NCBI RefSeq assembly: GCF_023055435.1
Contig: NW_025964223.1
Location: forward strand, 13,640,001-13,704,000
Reading direction: 5' to 3'
Length of the DNA: 64,000 bases
Source: Haliotis rufescens
Taxonomy: Eukaryota
Part shown: positions 38,283-48,693 of the stretch, in pieces
How the letters are laid out: the number at the start of each line of letters is the position of its first letter
How positions within the stretch are numbered: the first letter of the stretch is position 1
Program-made: the position numbers and the translations under genes
Notes under the pieces: generated by a model
Databases searched by the model: none
Seen by the model: the letters and a program-made list of their open reading frames with translations, nothing else
Told to the model about the DNA's origin: nothing

Positions 38283-39249
38283 AAGGGGGAAGCTAGTAAA
38301 CTTATTGATGATAATCTGTAAGCTGTAAGTAGAGTTAGAACCCGATAGCACTAAGCTATGCAAGTACACAATATTTCTATATCAACACCCTTAGACATAA
38401 ACCATTGACACAACGTGGCTGTTCCTTGGCGTGTCAATCATCACTGAGAAAACAATCAAACCTATCAGTAACCATTGCTTTTGTACACACATATTTGCAT
38501 ATGATCGTGAAGAAAAAAGCCCAAAACACCATGTGATCTATACAAAAGCACTTTGTCATTGGCTTTCATGTATCACACAAATCAACAGACTGCAATACTT
38601 AATGTTCTTTAAAACATTCTTATCGGTTGAACATGCAGGAGGCTTCACCAGGGATGTCATCCCTTGTTCCCTGCTTGAATATGCGGTGATACCTCACAAC
38701 ATCGTGTCGGCTTCTTGCGACGGCGGAGCGCCATCGGAGGGGTCATTATCACATTATCAGGAATATTTACAGCTCTGATAGTTCCGTCTCTCGGTGTATA
38801 ACTCATTATTTATACGTATGTTTTGAAAGACCTGGCGCACTTTTTAATTCGCTCGGTTAAACTTCGAGCTACACTTTATTTTGAGATTAGCTGATGGGCT
38901 GTTTTTTACATTTTTTTATTTCATGCATGATATTATCGGTCTATTGTAAGACAGACTGTGATAGTTTCCCATGTATCATTTTCACTTCAAAGGAGGCTTT
39001 TTGCAATTGCACAGTTTTGTTAACCTGTTTAGTTGTTAGAGATAAAAGGACGCTTTGCAATGTGAATTATGTTGATTTATATACACTGGGAGTAGGAGTG
39101 TGTCTGTATTTTATCATGATGAATAGGAACATTTGATTTAAACAGACATTATTAAGTTCACGTTGACATGGATCCCGTGCACACTTATTTCCGTCACAAT
39201 TAAGCAGTGATCCTTGGCGCAACCCTATTTAGAATGTCACACACCCTCC

Positions 39250-39537
39250 GTCTGTTCGGAGAGCAGAAGGTCAGTGGTTCGATTCCCGGCGGCGCCATAC
39301 CGAAAGACGCTAAAAGAAGGAACATGTGCTTGTCGTTACGTTTGCTGGCGTTCGGCTAGAAGGGGCTAAACAAGGACTGGTCGGTTCTGAGTCGGTATAC
39401 TGTGTCTGAGAGGGGTATCCATGTTAAACTGAAAAATGGTATTTCAGTGGACAAGCACAATAAAATGAAACGTCAACGCCAAAGAATAACCAGTTTCGAT
39501 TATCCGCCGAAACAGGTTCCATTGGGCGTAAACGGAA
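39250..39537 (+). mobile_element. SINE family D (tRNA B box plus Meta-domain-like body), diverged
   Basis: GGTTCGATTCCCGG...CATACCGAAAGACGCTAAAA...AAGGACTGGTCGGTTCTGAGTCGGTATACTGTGTCTGAG...TTTCAGTGGACAAGCACAATAAAA. Its 3' part recurs at ~1570, ~7260, ~26325(-) and ~29830(-); a head fragment is at ~44095-44210(-). Meta-domain assignment is from recall only. Confidence 0.6.
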
Positions 39538-39559
39538 AAATAGTGGTGACAATTATGTA

Positions 39560-39686
39560 TACTACTCAAAAGAAGTTAACGATCACCTGATTCTTCCATA
39601 TTACAATAGTTAATCTCTCATGCCATGACAGATTAACATAAGCAATATGAAGGAATCCGGTGATCCTTAACTTCTTTTGAGTAGTA
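39560..39686. mobile_element. Tc1/mariner-type MITE
   Basis: 28-bp TIR TACTACTCAAAAGAAGTTAA(C/G)GATCACC with TA on both sides. Confidence 0.88.
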
Positions 39687-39711
39687 TATGAAAATCAGTG
39701 ATGACACCTGG

Positions 39712-39926
39712 TGTTAGCTCGTAAGAGGCGACTAACGGGATCGGGTGGTCAGGCTCGCTGACTTGGTTGATGCATGTCATCGATCCCAAATGCGTGGATC
39801 GATGCTCATGATATTAATCACCGGATTGTCTGGTCCAGACTCGATTATTTACAGACCGCCGTCATATAGCTGGAATATTGCTGCGTGCGGCGTTAAACAA
39901 CCAACCAACCAACCAACCAACCAACC
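39712..39926 (+). mobile_element. SINE family C, 5'-truncated, (CAAC)n tail
   Basis: TCGTAAGAGGCGACTAACGGGATCGGGTGGTCAGG through GCGGCGTTAAACAACCAACC. Confidence 0.9.
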
Positions 39927-40865
39927 TTGCTCACGGTATTAATGATATAGCCTTTTCAAACGGCTTTTGTTAAATTTTGATCATGATTTCCTGATATGTA
40001 TATGGATGTGTTTATGGGGTGATAATTCCTTTCGACATGCCTCGTCAATTATAGATAATCACCCTACCTTATAAATTATGTCCACATTATTGACTAACGT
40101 TTGGAATGTCTGTGTTTGTATTGTTCGTAAAAAATGTTTTTAAACCTTTTCCCATGGTGTGTTTCATTACACATTCTCCACTATCAAAGCCCAATCTTTC
40201 AAATCTGTTTTGACACAATGCATAGTAAGCAAATTATTCACTGATACAAATGCCTCACAATGTTTGGAGAATAAAGTTAAGAAAACATCTAAACAAATCA
40301 GAAATGTTTCATAGGAAAAAACTATGCCAACGGAAATGGCTTAATCGAAATTGCGGCACGGGTTTTACTAAATATATGCGTGTGGCCAGAAGCGAATCCG
40401 GATTTCGATAGTTAACATATTTTCTAAAGGTACAATACGCAGCAGGCACGCGTTAGTATGTCTTTTATGGCTTATATAATAGCTGTACAAGCTCTCCTGT
40501 ACATGCCAGCAAAATCGTTTCACACTATTTGGCGGTGTAATCCGCGTAGAAAGGTCCGGCCTCAGCATAAACCCGCGCCACAAAGCGGGGAGACTTATTT
40601 TGATATGTTTTGCTGATGTGAAAGTTATGACGCCAAACCGAGTAGACCTTAAATTTGACATAAAGTAATAAAGGGGCGAAAAATGTGGAAGTTCTTAAAT
40701 TTTATGGCTGTTGACAAGCATAATTTACGTAGTAACGTTGTTTCCTTTATAACCTTAAAGCTGTGCGTGGAAAAAAAGTCAATTAGGATTTGTGTGAAGG
40801 GACACTGTAGAAAAGGATTTGAGACCACCTCATGCCAGATGAACCTGGATCATTGCTTTTTATGT

Positions 40866-41130
40866 GGGTCACTGGTGGCCCAGCTGTCAGAGACGCCGCA
40901 TTTCTCTGTACAGCCTGTCGTCCATTGAGCCTTCCAAACCAATGATCGTGGGTTCGAATCCCAGATTCACCCGAGTATGTTTCTAGCTTATTTCAAGCTG
41001 TGTTCGTGAGATTGTTTCACCAGTGGCGGACGTCTAAGTACTGCATCACTTTGGGCTTTCCTCCCACAAGAAGCTGACACGCCGTGATGTAACTGGGACA
41101 CCGTTCATGCAGCGTTAATCCAAACTCACT
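40866..41130 (+). mobile_element. SINE family A, older diverged copy
   Basis: GGTGGCCCAG...GTGGGTTCGAATCCC...GGGCTTTCCTCCCAC...GCTGACACGCCGTGAT...ACTCACT. Confidence 0.85.
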
Positions 41131-41234
41131 GTGTGTATGCTTGTACGGTATATACGGTATATATGGCACGTGTATTTATTTATTTTTCAAACAATCTACC
41201 TATCTGCATTGATTGTGTTTTTGTATATCCTGAT

Positions 41235-41457
41235 TAGTCTGCGATACAGACCCTGAAACAAATATATCCAATACAGCCCATGCAAGTCTATAATGTTTGG
41301 CAAGTTTTAGATTACTGCAGTATCTCAAAATGAAGAAAGTCTCTGGGCTCCTTTTTATTATATAAATAAAATTACATTATATTATATTTTATAACTATAA
41401 TTTAACAAATGGTTCTTCTGTGAAATTAATTCATTTCAGAGACTAGATGTTAGTCTA
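41235..41457. mobile_element. Non-autonomous DNA transposon with TAG...CTA termini and 9-bp TSD (AcademH-like)
   Basis: TSD TATCCTGAT (41226-34 and 41458-66); same termini as the 37643 copy. Confidence 0.85.
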
Positions 41458-41589
41458 TATCCTGATCCACTTTTCCTGTTCTTGTCGCAACATCCCCCTT
41501 AAGATGATTGGATGGGTGCGGTTGAATTTTGATGGTGATTGCGAGAATCTTCGGCGATGATTATAACCACTGGTTGCCTTGAAACAAGT

Positions 41590-41826
41590 AAACTGCTCTG
41601 GCAACAGAACGTATACACCAATGTTTGATGGTTGCTGAAAAAGAAACAAACAAGAAATGGTTATTCGATGTAGATGCATTTGATATACGAATATCACAGT
41701 TAAGTTTTGGACATTTCGTTTGCATTGATTCGGCGAATGTTTTCAACGTGGTAACGTTTTGATAAGGTCTGTAATGATTTGGTCCGATCCAATTTTCAAG
41801 TGTATCTTTCTTTTGCCGGGCAGTGT
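41590..41826. mobile_element. Tc1-like MITE (TIR ~CACTGCCCGGCAAAAGAAAGTATACAC)
   Basis: Right TIR GTGTATCTTTCTTTTGCCGGGCAGTG then TA; degenerate left TIR at 41590. Left-end fragments also at ~3440-3500 and ~9055-9150. Confidence 0.65.
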
Positions 41827-42294
41827 ACATGGAGTATATATTATTTGGCAGGAGTATAACTGGCTGTGACCGTCATCATTGGTGTATCCACGTTTGGCTT
41901 TTGCGTAGGTTTTGAAGTTACGGTGAGGTTCACTTCGATCTTTCATCACTACAATAAGCAAATACGCCTCATTATGACGGAAACACTTCACAAAGCGACC
42001 TTACAAGAATATATTAAATCCATGTATAGCAGTGCTGTTTTTTTTGCCAATGTACGAATCTATCAAAATAAAACTTAAGCTAGTCATGTAGTTATAGTTG
42101 ATTCTTAATGGGTATTGGCTGGAATTTCTATAAATCCACCTCATTGCCAAATATATCCATGCATCTTCCCAAACACCCAAACATCATCCATCAATATACA
42201 CAACATGCCCTCCTCATTAATTTTCAATCCCACCACCACCAGGGTATCGCGTAACTATATGTTATTATAAGTCATTACGAAACATAACTTCTTA

Positions 42295-42551
42295 GTACCC
42301 AGTCGTCCATTACGCCGCAATTCGCTGTGAAGAGTTGCGTCCCTTGTGTGTAATCAGGATCCTAGGATCGTTGATAAGATTCCGGATTCGCGCTGAAATG
42401 ATTTTTAGTTTGTTAGCATCTCACCCATGCTCTTGGGTTTCACTGAAGAGTTGGATGTCTAAACCTGCATCACTTCGGGTTTTCATCCCATATTAAGATG
42501 CCGTCATATTACGGAAGTATTGTTCAAAGCGGCTTTAAACCCACATCACTC
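42295..42551 (+). mobile_element. SINE family A, highly diverged copy
   Basis: CCCAGTCGTC...GAGTTGCGTCCCTTG...CCTGCATCACTTCGGG...AAAGCGGC...AAAC. Confidence 0.8.
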
Positions 42552-43860
42552 TTTTCGGCCTATACTCAATTTCTCCTTCACTAATCCGTTTGTTATGTCA
42601 TTAAATTAAGGAGAACATAATTAAACTTTTAAGTTTTGATTACACAATTACAAAGCTCCCCCTCAATAAATCTTTCACCAATATACACAAGATGCCCAAA
42701 TCTCCAAGTTATCAATCCTAACTAAACACCACCGGCGTATCGCGTAACTACATATCATTACCAGCCATTGTATGTACTATTAAAGTTTATAATTTCACCT
42801 CTCAGACAGTTTACATAAGACGTTCAGTAAGTCTTCAAGTCTATCCAGCATTACTGTTTCAGTCAAAACGCATTTGGAAAGGTTAAGTATACAACGACTC
42901 GGATTAAAATAGCCACCAATACTGCAGGTGAAATGACTACAATCACATGTCATGTCGATATCTTTCAACACGTGACGCAGAAGGGTACCACTAATGAGGT
43001 TTCTATCAGTGAGGCATGTACATTGGTGGTAGATATATCATCACTCTGTGTGTAGGGCTCCACTGCAAGGTGGTCGCGATTTATGTACTGAAAACTTTAA
43101 CCGTAAACCATGGTGAGAGGATGTACAGGGGTAAAGGCCATCCCGCATTCCACCTGCGCATTATTAGGGTACGTGATGTAGTGCCATCCTTGCAGACTGG
43201 GTTGCTGTCTATAAATCCGGCGGCGACTGACAACGTTGATGCCAGTAAACGTGGCTGTGAAAACACTGCAGGAAATATGTTTTTATTAATGTCATTTAAA
43301 AATGCTTTCTTCATGGGATATTTCACATGACACAGATATTAATTGTTATAATATGATTGGGATGCAATTTGTCTTTTTTATATTTATCACCCAAAAGTGG
43401 CTTCCACGGGAGATTTCGATTTGGTGATAGGCTATCTCTCCTTGCAGCTATCGCTGCAACGAAATTGCATCGCAATGCTTTGGAGAATACTGTGATGTCA
43501 TCGGTTACGATGACGTCACAATCAAATGACATCACTAATCTCTCTGCTACTGATGCAGTTAGTACTTTTCGCACTCAAAATACTACTTATGAAATTTATG
43601 CACTCAAAAAAATGATTTCGGATGACAAATATAATCTCACCCTTATGTCTTTTGATATCAAATACATCAACCCTCTGAGTTTTGAACTTTTGTCGATTCG
43701 TGTTGATATAACCGATATCAAAGACACTTGGGTGAGATTCTCTCTGTGTAGATATCTCTCTGTGTGTGTATGTACTACCAGATATTTCTGAAACGTTGAT
43801 AGGAATAATGAGGTATCTTATAATATGTACATGTACATATACAAATGCATAACTGTACAC

Positions 43861-44054
43861 ACCCGTGAAGACACGGGTTAGAATAGGTCTTCAGCAACCC
43901 ATGCTTGTTGTAAGAGGCGACTATGCTTGTCGTTAGAGGGTGACAGGCTCGTTGACTTGGTTGATGCATCTCATCGTATTCAAAATGCGAAGATCGATTA
44001 TTTACAGACCGCCGTCATATCGCTGGAATGTTGCTGAATGCGGCTTTAAACAAC
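43861..44054 (+). mobile_element. SINE family C with intact pseudoknot-like 5' head and internal deletions
   Basis: ACCCGTGAAGACACGGGTTAGAATAGGTCTTCAGCAACCCATGCTTG...; duplicated AAGAGGCGACTATGCTTGTCGT; shared tail. Confidence 0.88.
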
Positions 44055-44231
44055 GAGTGAATGTTTGTACTTGTCTGGACTAAAATTCCGGTTGTATAGT
44101 TGTAGCTCATTTTAACGTCTTTTCATGAGTATGACACGACCAGGGGATCGAACCACCGACCTTTCTTTCCCCGGCCTGACACTGTATCCACCTGACTACT
44201 AAATCAGTTTGGAATACAGACCAAAAGGAAT

Positions 44232-44430
44232 ATAAGGAAGAGAATTTATGGATGTCAACTTCTTTATTATGAGGAACACAACGTTTTGGAGTATATGCTT
44301 ACGCCTTCATCAGGTGAATAATGAAGGAGTAAGCATATACTCCGAAACGTTGTGTTCCTCATAATAAAGAAGTTGACATCCATATATTCTCTTCCTTATG
44401 TGAATCACTTCTAAATACCTTTCAAAGACC
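44232..44430. mobile_element. Penelope-like element remnant (family P1): 79-bp inverted repeat containing a minimal hammerhead ribozyme core
   Basis: Arms 44232-44310 and 44321-44399. CTGATGA on the minus strand (44307-13), stem GGAGTA/TACTCC, GAAACGTT, AATAAA. Near-identical to 52091-52283. Confidence 0.8.
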
Positions 44431-45458
44431 CAAAAGGAATATCCCTATCAAAAGTCGAGTGTCGTATGCGTATGAACTGAAGCACCTTATTTTCCTAATG
44501 GCGATGGCATGACATGCACGCCCAACTCTTGCCATCATCTGTCACTGTTGTATCAGTATAAATAATAAACGACAAAACCCTTTCCATATTCAGAAGAACT
44601 TACTGCTAAATACAGAGTCTGTTGTACGATTCCGACTATATGATGGGTATGTGTTTATGTATCAGGTGATACCAGGTGTTCGCGATGAGCGTATCCTGCC
44701 CCGTCAGAAACACATGCAAGGGCAAGTCAATTGTTCACCTGAAACATATGGGATATCCGATATCATTTGTATCACTGATGCGTCAAATTTGGAAATGCAC
44801 TCCACATGTCTACAATAAAACGTTTTGAAATCTTTACCGAGGCCTTGAATGTTACAACCTTGTTATTACCCTGTCGTGACCCTGTTCAAAACCATTAATA
44901 CATATATCTGTTTATCAATTCATCTAGAATTATTCATCCTATTCAGCAAATATTCCTACTAAAATACACTTTGCCGTGTCGTTGACGTGCTCCAATGGGT
45001 TACATAACAAGACTGCAGAGGAGTTTCATCTTATCTCAGAGTAACAATCTGGAGGGATTTAATTACCTAAGCACCGTTAAACACCTCTGTCTTGTCATTG
45101 CATGATAAATCAGGTGAGGGTTAATGACGTTGTTATCTACACAGAATGTTGATTGCGGCACGTATATCACTGACACCCATACACATGTTGACATTTGTAA
45201 ATGTTAATTGCATGTTCATAGCTGTGAATTGCACGGCCAAGGACGTGTGGGACAAAATACACTTGCTTAACGTGTAGTTAAGTAGAACGAGTGAGTGTGC
45301 TTTGAACCTGCTTTGAACAATATCGTAGTTATTCACAGCGTATATATGGGCAGAGAACCCATATCGACTCAGGTAGTAGATGTTTAACCCAAAAATAAAT
45401 AAAAGCGACAAAACCGTTTCCATAATCATGAGAAATCTCTACTGTACGATTCCGAGTG

Positions 45459-45634
45459 CAGTAAACTACGGTTATAACGAACACGCTTATAACGAACTGA
45501 CGGATATAACGAACTTACGTTTTTGGTCCCGACTATTTGCTGTAGTTATGGTGTATAAATACTTATAACGAACTACGGTTATAACGAACTAAAATTAGTA
45601 GTCCTCTTGAGTTCGTTATAACCGTACTTTACTG
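45459..45634. mobile_element. Tc1/mariner(pogo)-type MITE
   Basis: TIR CAGTAAACTACGGTTATAACGAAC; right flank TA; abuts a family E fragment. Confidence 0.9.
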
Positions 45635-46039
45635 TATTTCAAATAGTGATGATACAAGGTGTTCGCCAAAAGGTGAGCGTATCTTGTCCCACAGGAACCC
45701 GAAACTGAAACCTGCAAGAACCCTGTTCGGAATAGAACCGTCAATCAGCTGATCCTGGGACTGACACAGCTTCTTACTATGGTGCGTGGTTCCTTGCCTT
45801 TTGCAATACGAATTGAACATACTTTGACACGACTAGAAGGATTCCATTCACCATTAAAATTAAATTGGTTTTATCGGACAATGTCTATTCACATAAAAAA
45901 TAGTTATTACTACCGGAGATTACAATATATCGGCATATCCAGCTTCATTAAAGTCCAAGTTAGACATGGCGTTTTGCAGAAACCCAGCTGTAGACTAAGA
46001 AAGGAAGAATTTGCGTGAAAAAAAGTCATCTTGAATCTA

Positions 46040-46214
46040 CAGTAAACTACGTTTATAACGAACACGCTTATAACGAAATGACCGATAAAACGAACTTTCT
46101 TTTTAGTCCCAGCAATTTGTTGTACATATGCTGAATATATGCTTATAACGAACTACGGTTATTGCGAGCAAAAGTTAGTGGTCCCTTTGAGTTCGTTATA
46201 ACCGTAGTTTACTG
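46040..46214. mobile_element. Tc1/mariner(pogo)-type MITE
   Basis: Same TIR, TA on both sides. Confidence 0.9.
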
Positions 46215-46725
46215 TAATCATAACTAAAAACGTTGAATAAGTTAAACGTTGAATGAACTTTCATTATCTAAGACACGGAAATCTCAAAACATATCTCTTA
46301 GTGACGCAGAGGTTCAGAGAAACCAATTAAAACCGTCAAGCCAGAAACCCATACATTCAAATGGTACTGTTTTTTATGTCCCCCTTACCTGCTATGATCC
46401 AGATTCTGTGTCCTCACTCTGTGTCACAAACTGAATCACCTTTTCCTTCATCGACCAAGAACCAAAAGCATTGAAGGCCTAAGGTAACACGTCATCTCAT
46501 ACGTCACTATTAAATTACATTTCTGTACAGTGTTACGCGCAACTACCAGTTAGAGTTTGTGTGTAGAAAAACCTAGTGACACTTAAAAAAGTACGACGAT
46601 TTAAACCTCGTTTTGGGATTAAGCAATACTTAGAATGAGCGCTTGGTACTTAACTTTAAGGTTTCAAGCTGTGAAATACTCAATTCCAAACCCATTCACT
46701 ACTTCTAAATCATGAAAATCCCAAA

Positions 46726-46885
46726 GGAGCGGTCGGGTAGTCTAGTGGTTAAAGCGTGTGCTCGTCACGCCAAAGCCTCGGGGTTCGATTCCCTACATGT
46801 GTACATTATGTGAAGCCCATTTATGGTGTCCCCCACCGTGATATTGCTGGAATATTGCTAAAAGCGGCGTAAAACCATACTCACT
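46726..46885 (+). mobile_element. SINE family B, full length (tRNA-Asp-like head)
   Basis: GGTAGTCTAGTGGTTAAAGCG...CTCGTCACGC...GGGGTTCGATTCCC; shared tail; imperfect TSD with core TCCCAAA. Confidence 0.9.
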
Positions 46886-47632
46886 AATATTCCCAAAGAA
46901 GCGAACACAGAATTGTAAACAAAAATATATTAATGAAGCTCTGTTTGTAAATAGGTATATTCAAACAAATCAGAATAGGCAGCTGAACAAAGAATTCTTA
47001 AGTACATGGACCGTGTTAAAGTCTTTTGGGAGATGTATAGGAATAGGTTATCTCGTGAGCTTTAACATTTTTTGTCTACATAATCTTTTATCATTCTCAT
47101 AAGATATGACCAAAAGAGTGATGATATGGCGTAAAATTCATCATTCATTCACGACTTACTTCATCATTCCTGTAATCTAAAGATTACACAGGAAGAACAT
47201 GACTCCAGTGAGATGCGCTTTAAAGGATGAACAACGAGTACAGATCTCCAGCATGTGCACCTTTCACTGTGCACCTCATTAACGTGATGACATTACACAA
47301 CTAATGAAGCCACGCGACTGACATCATCCATCACGTGATATATCTCAGGCGTCACTGTCGTCAAGGTGATAACGCCACCACCTGTAAAGCAAGACCCGTT
47401 ACTGATCAAAGGGCGATGGTCACCTGATTGATGGCGTTCGTGATAGTGAATTTATGATGAGTGAAATGATAGGTGAATGAATTAGAGCTATTTGTAAAGT
47501 TGTTAAGGGTTTCATCAGAAAAGCAGCGTTTCCTGCCTTGAGCAGTTTGGAGTATGTTGTGCAATTGTACGAATAGAATAGTCACAAAAAACTTAGGTTT
47601 TTAACACATAACCTGTCATAATTTGAGTAGCA

Positions 47633-47823
47633 TAGAACAATACTCAGCAATATTCCAGCTATATGATGGCGGTCTGTAAATAATCGAGCCTGGACCAGAC
47701 AATCCAGTGATTAATTTCATGAACCTCGATCTACGCAATTGGGGTACGATGACATGCATCGACAAAGTCAGCAAGTCTGACCACCCGATCCCTTGAGCCG
47801 CCTCTTACGACAAGCATAGTCGC
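47633..47823 (-). mobile_element. SINE family C
   Basis: Reverse complement of the family C body, including GCGACTATGCTTGTCGTAAGAGGCG. Confidence 0.88.
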
Positions 47824-48532
47824 TTTTTACGGTAATACCTTAATATATGGTAACACTCCTAATAATGGAGATGACTTTCAGACCGGTAATGAATATGCGT
47901 TTATATTATGAAAAATATTTCTCGTAATACAAACATCATAAAAAACATATTTCTTTCCGCAATGAACCCAGTTAAATTTAAAAAAGCATCTCATTTTATC
48001 TTAATTTCAACATTTGAGAGAGAATTTGTGCCACCTACTCTGGGACCTGCACATCGCAAAAGTAAGAACGAGGTTCCCTTCTATGGAAGACTATGAAACT
48101 TGGAAAGCCAGTTTATCAAACACCAAAGGTCTCGTCTGCCTGGACCCGCGCGTGCAAAAGGTCACGTGGGAGGTCGTCTGCCACACAGACGGCACAGCAG
48201 GCAGACGATAACGCTGCTGGGGTCGTGCCGCCCCATAGCAGACGATACAAATAGCCAGCAAGTGGTTCACGTTAACGGAAGAAAAATGGTTTTACAGATG
48301 AAAGTCGGGAATGGTCGGGAGTCTTGTAATGATCGACTATAATGACCATAGTGTTGTATGATCAAAGTGCTCCGATTATATGTGACTAGTTGGGAATATC
48401 AAATACGGCTCAACGTTAATCAACGATGTCTGTAATTAGATGAATGATAACGATAAGAATTTGTTTTGTTGATGCATAATCGTTTGGTTAATCAATTACG
48501 TATGTACAATAGTTTTGTACTCTGAACTGTTG

Positions 48533-48535
<3 letters not shown>

Positions 48536-48592
<57 letters not shown>

Positions 48593-48627
48593 TCTCTCTC
48601 GCTCTCTCACTATATATAGAGAGAGTG

Positions 48628-48690
<63 letters not shown>
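48536..48690. repeat. (TA)n microsatellite with an internal inverted repeat
   Basis: Two (TA)n tracts separated by TCACTCTCTC...GAGAGAGTGA. Confidence 0.95.
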
Positions 48691-48693
<3 letters not shown>

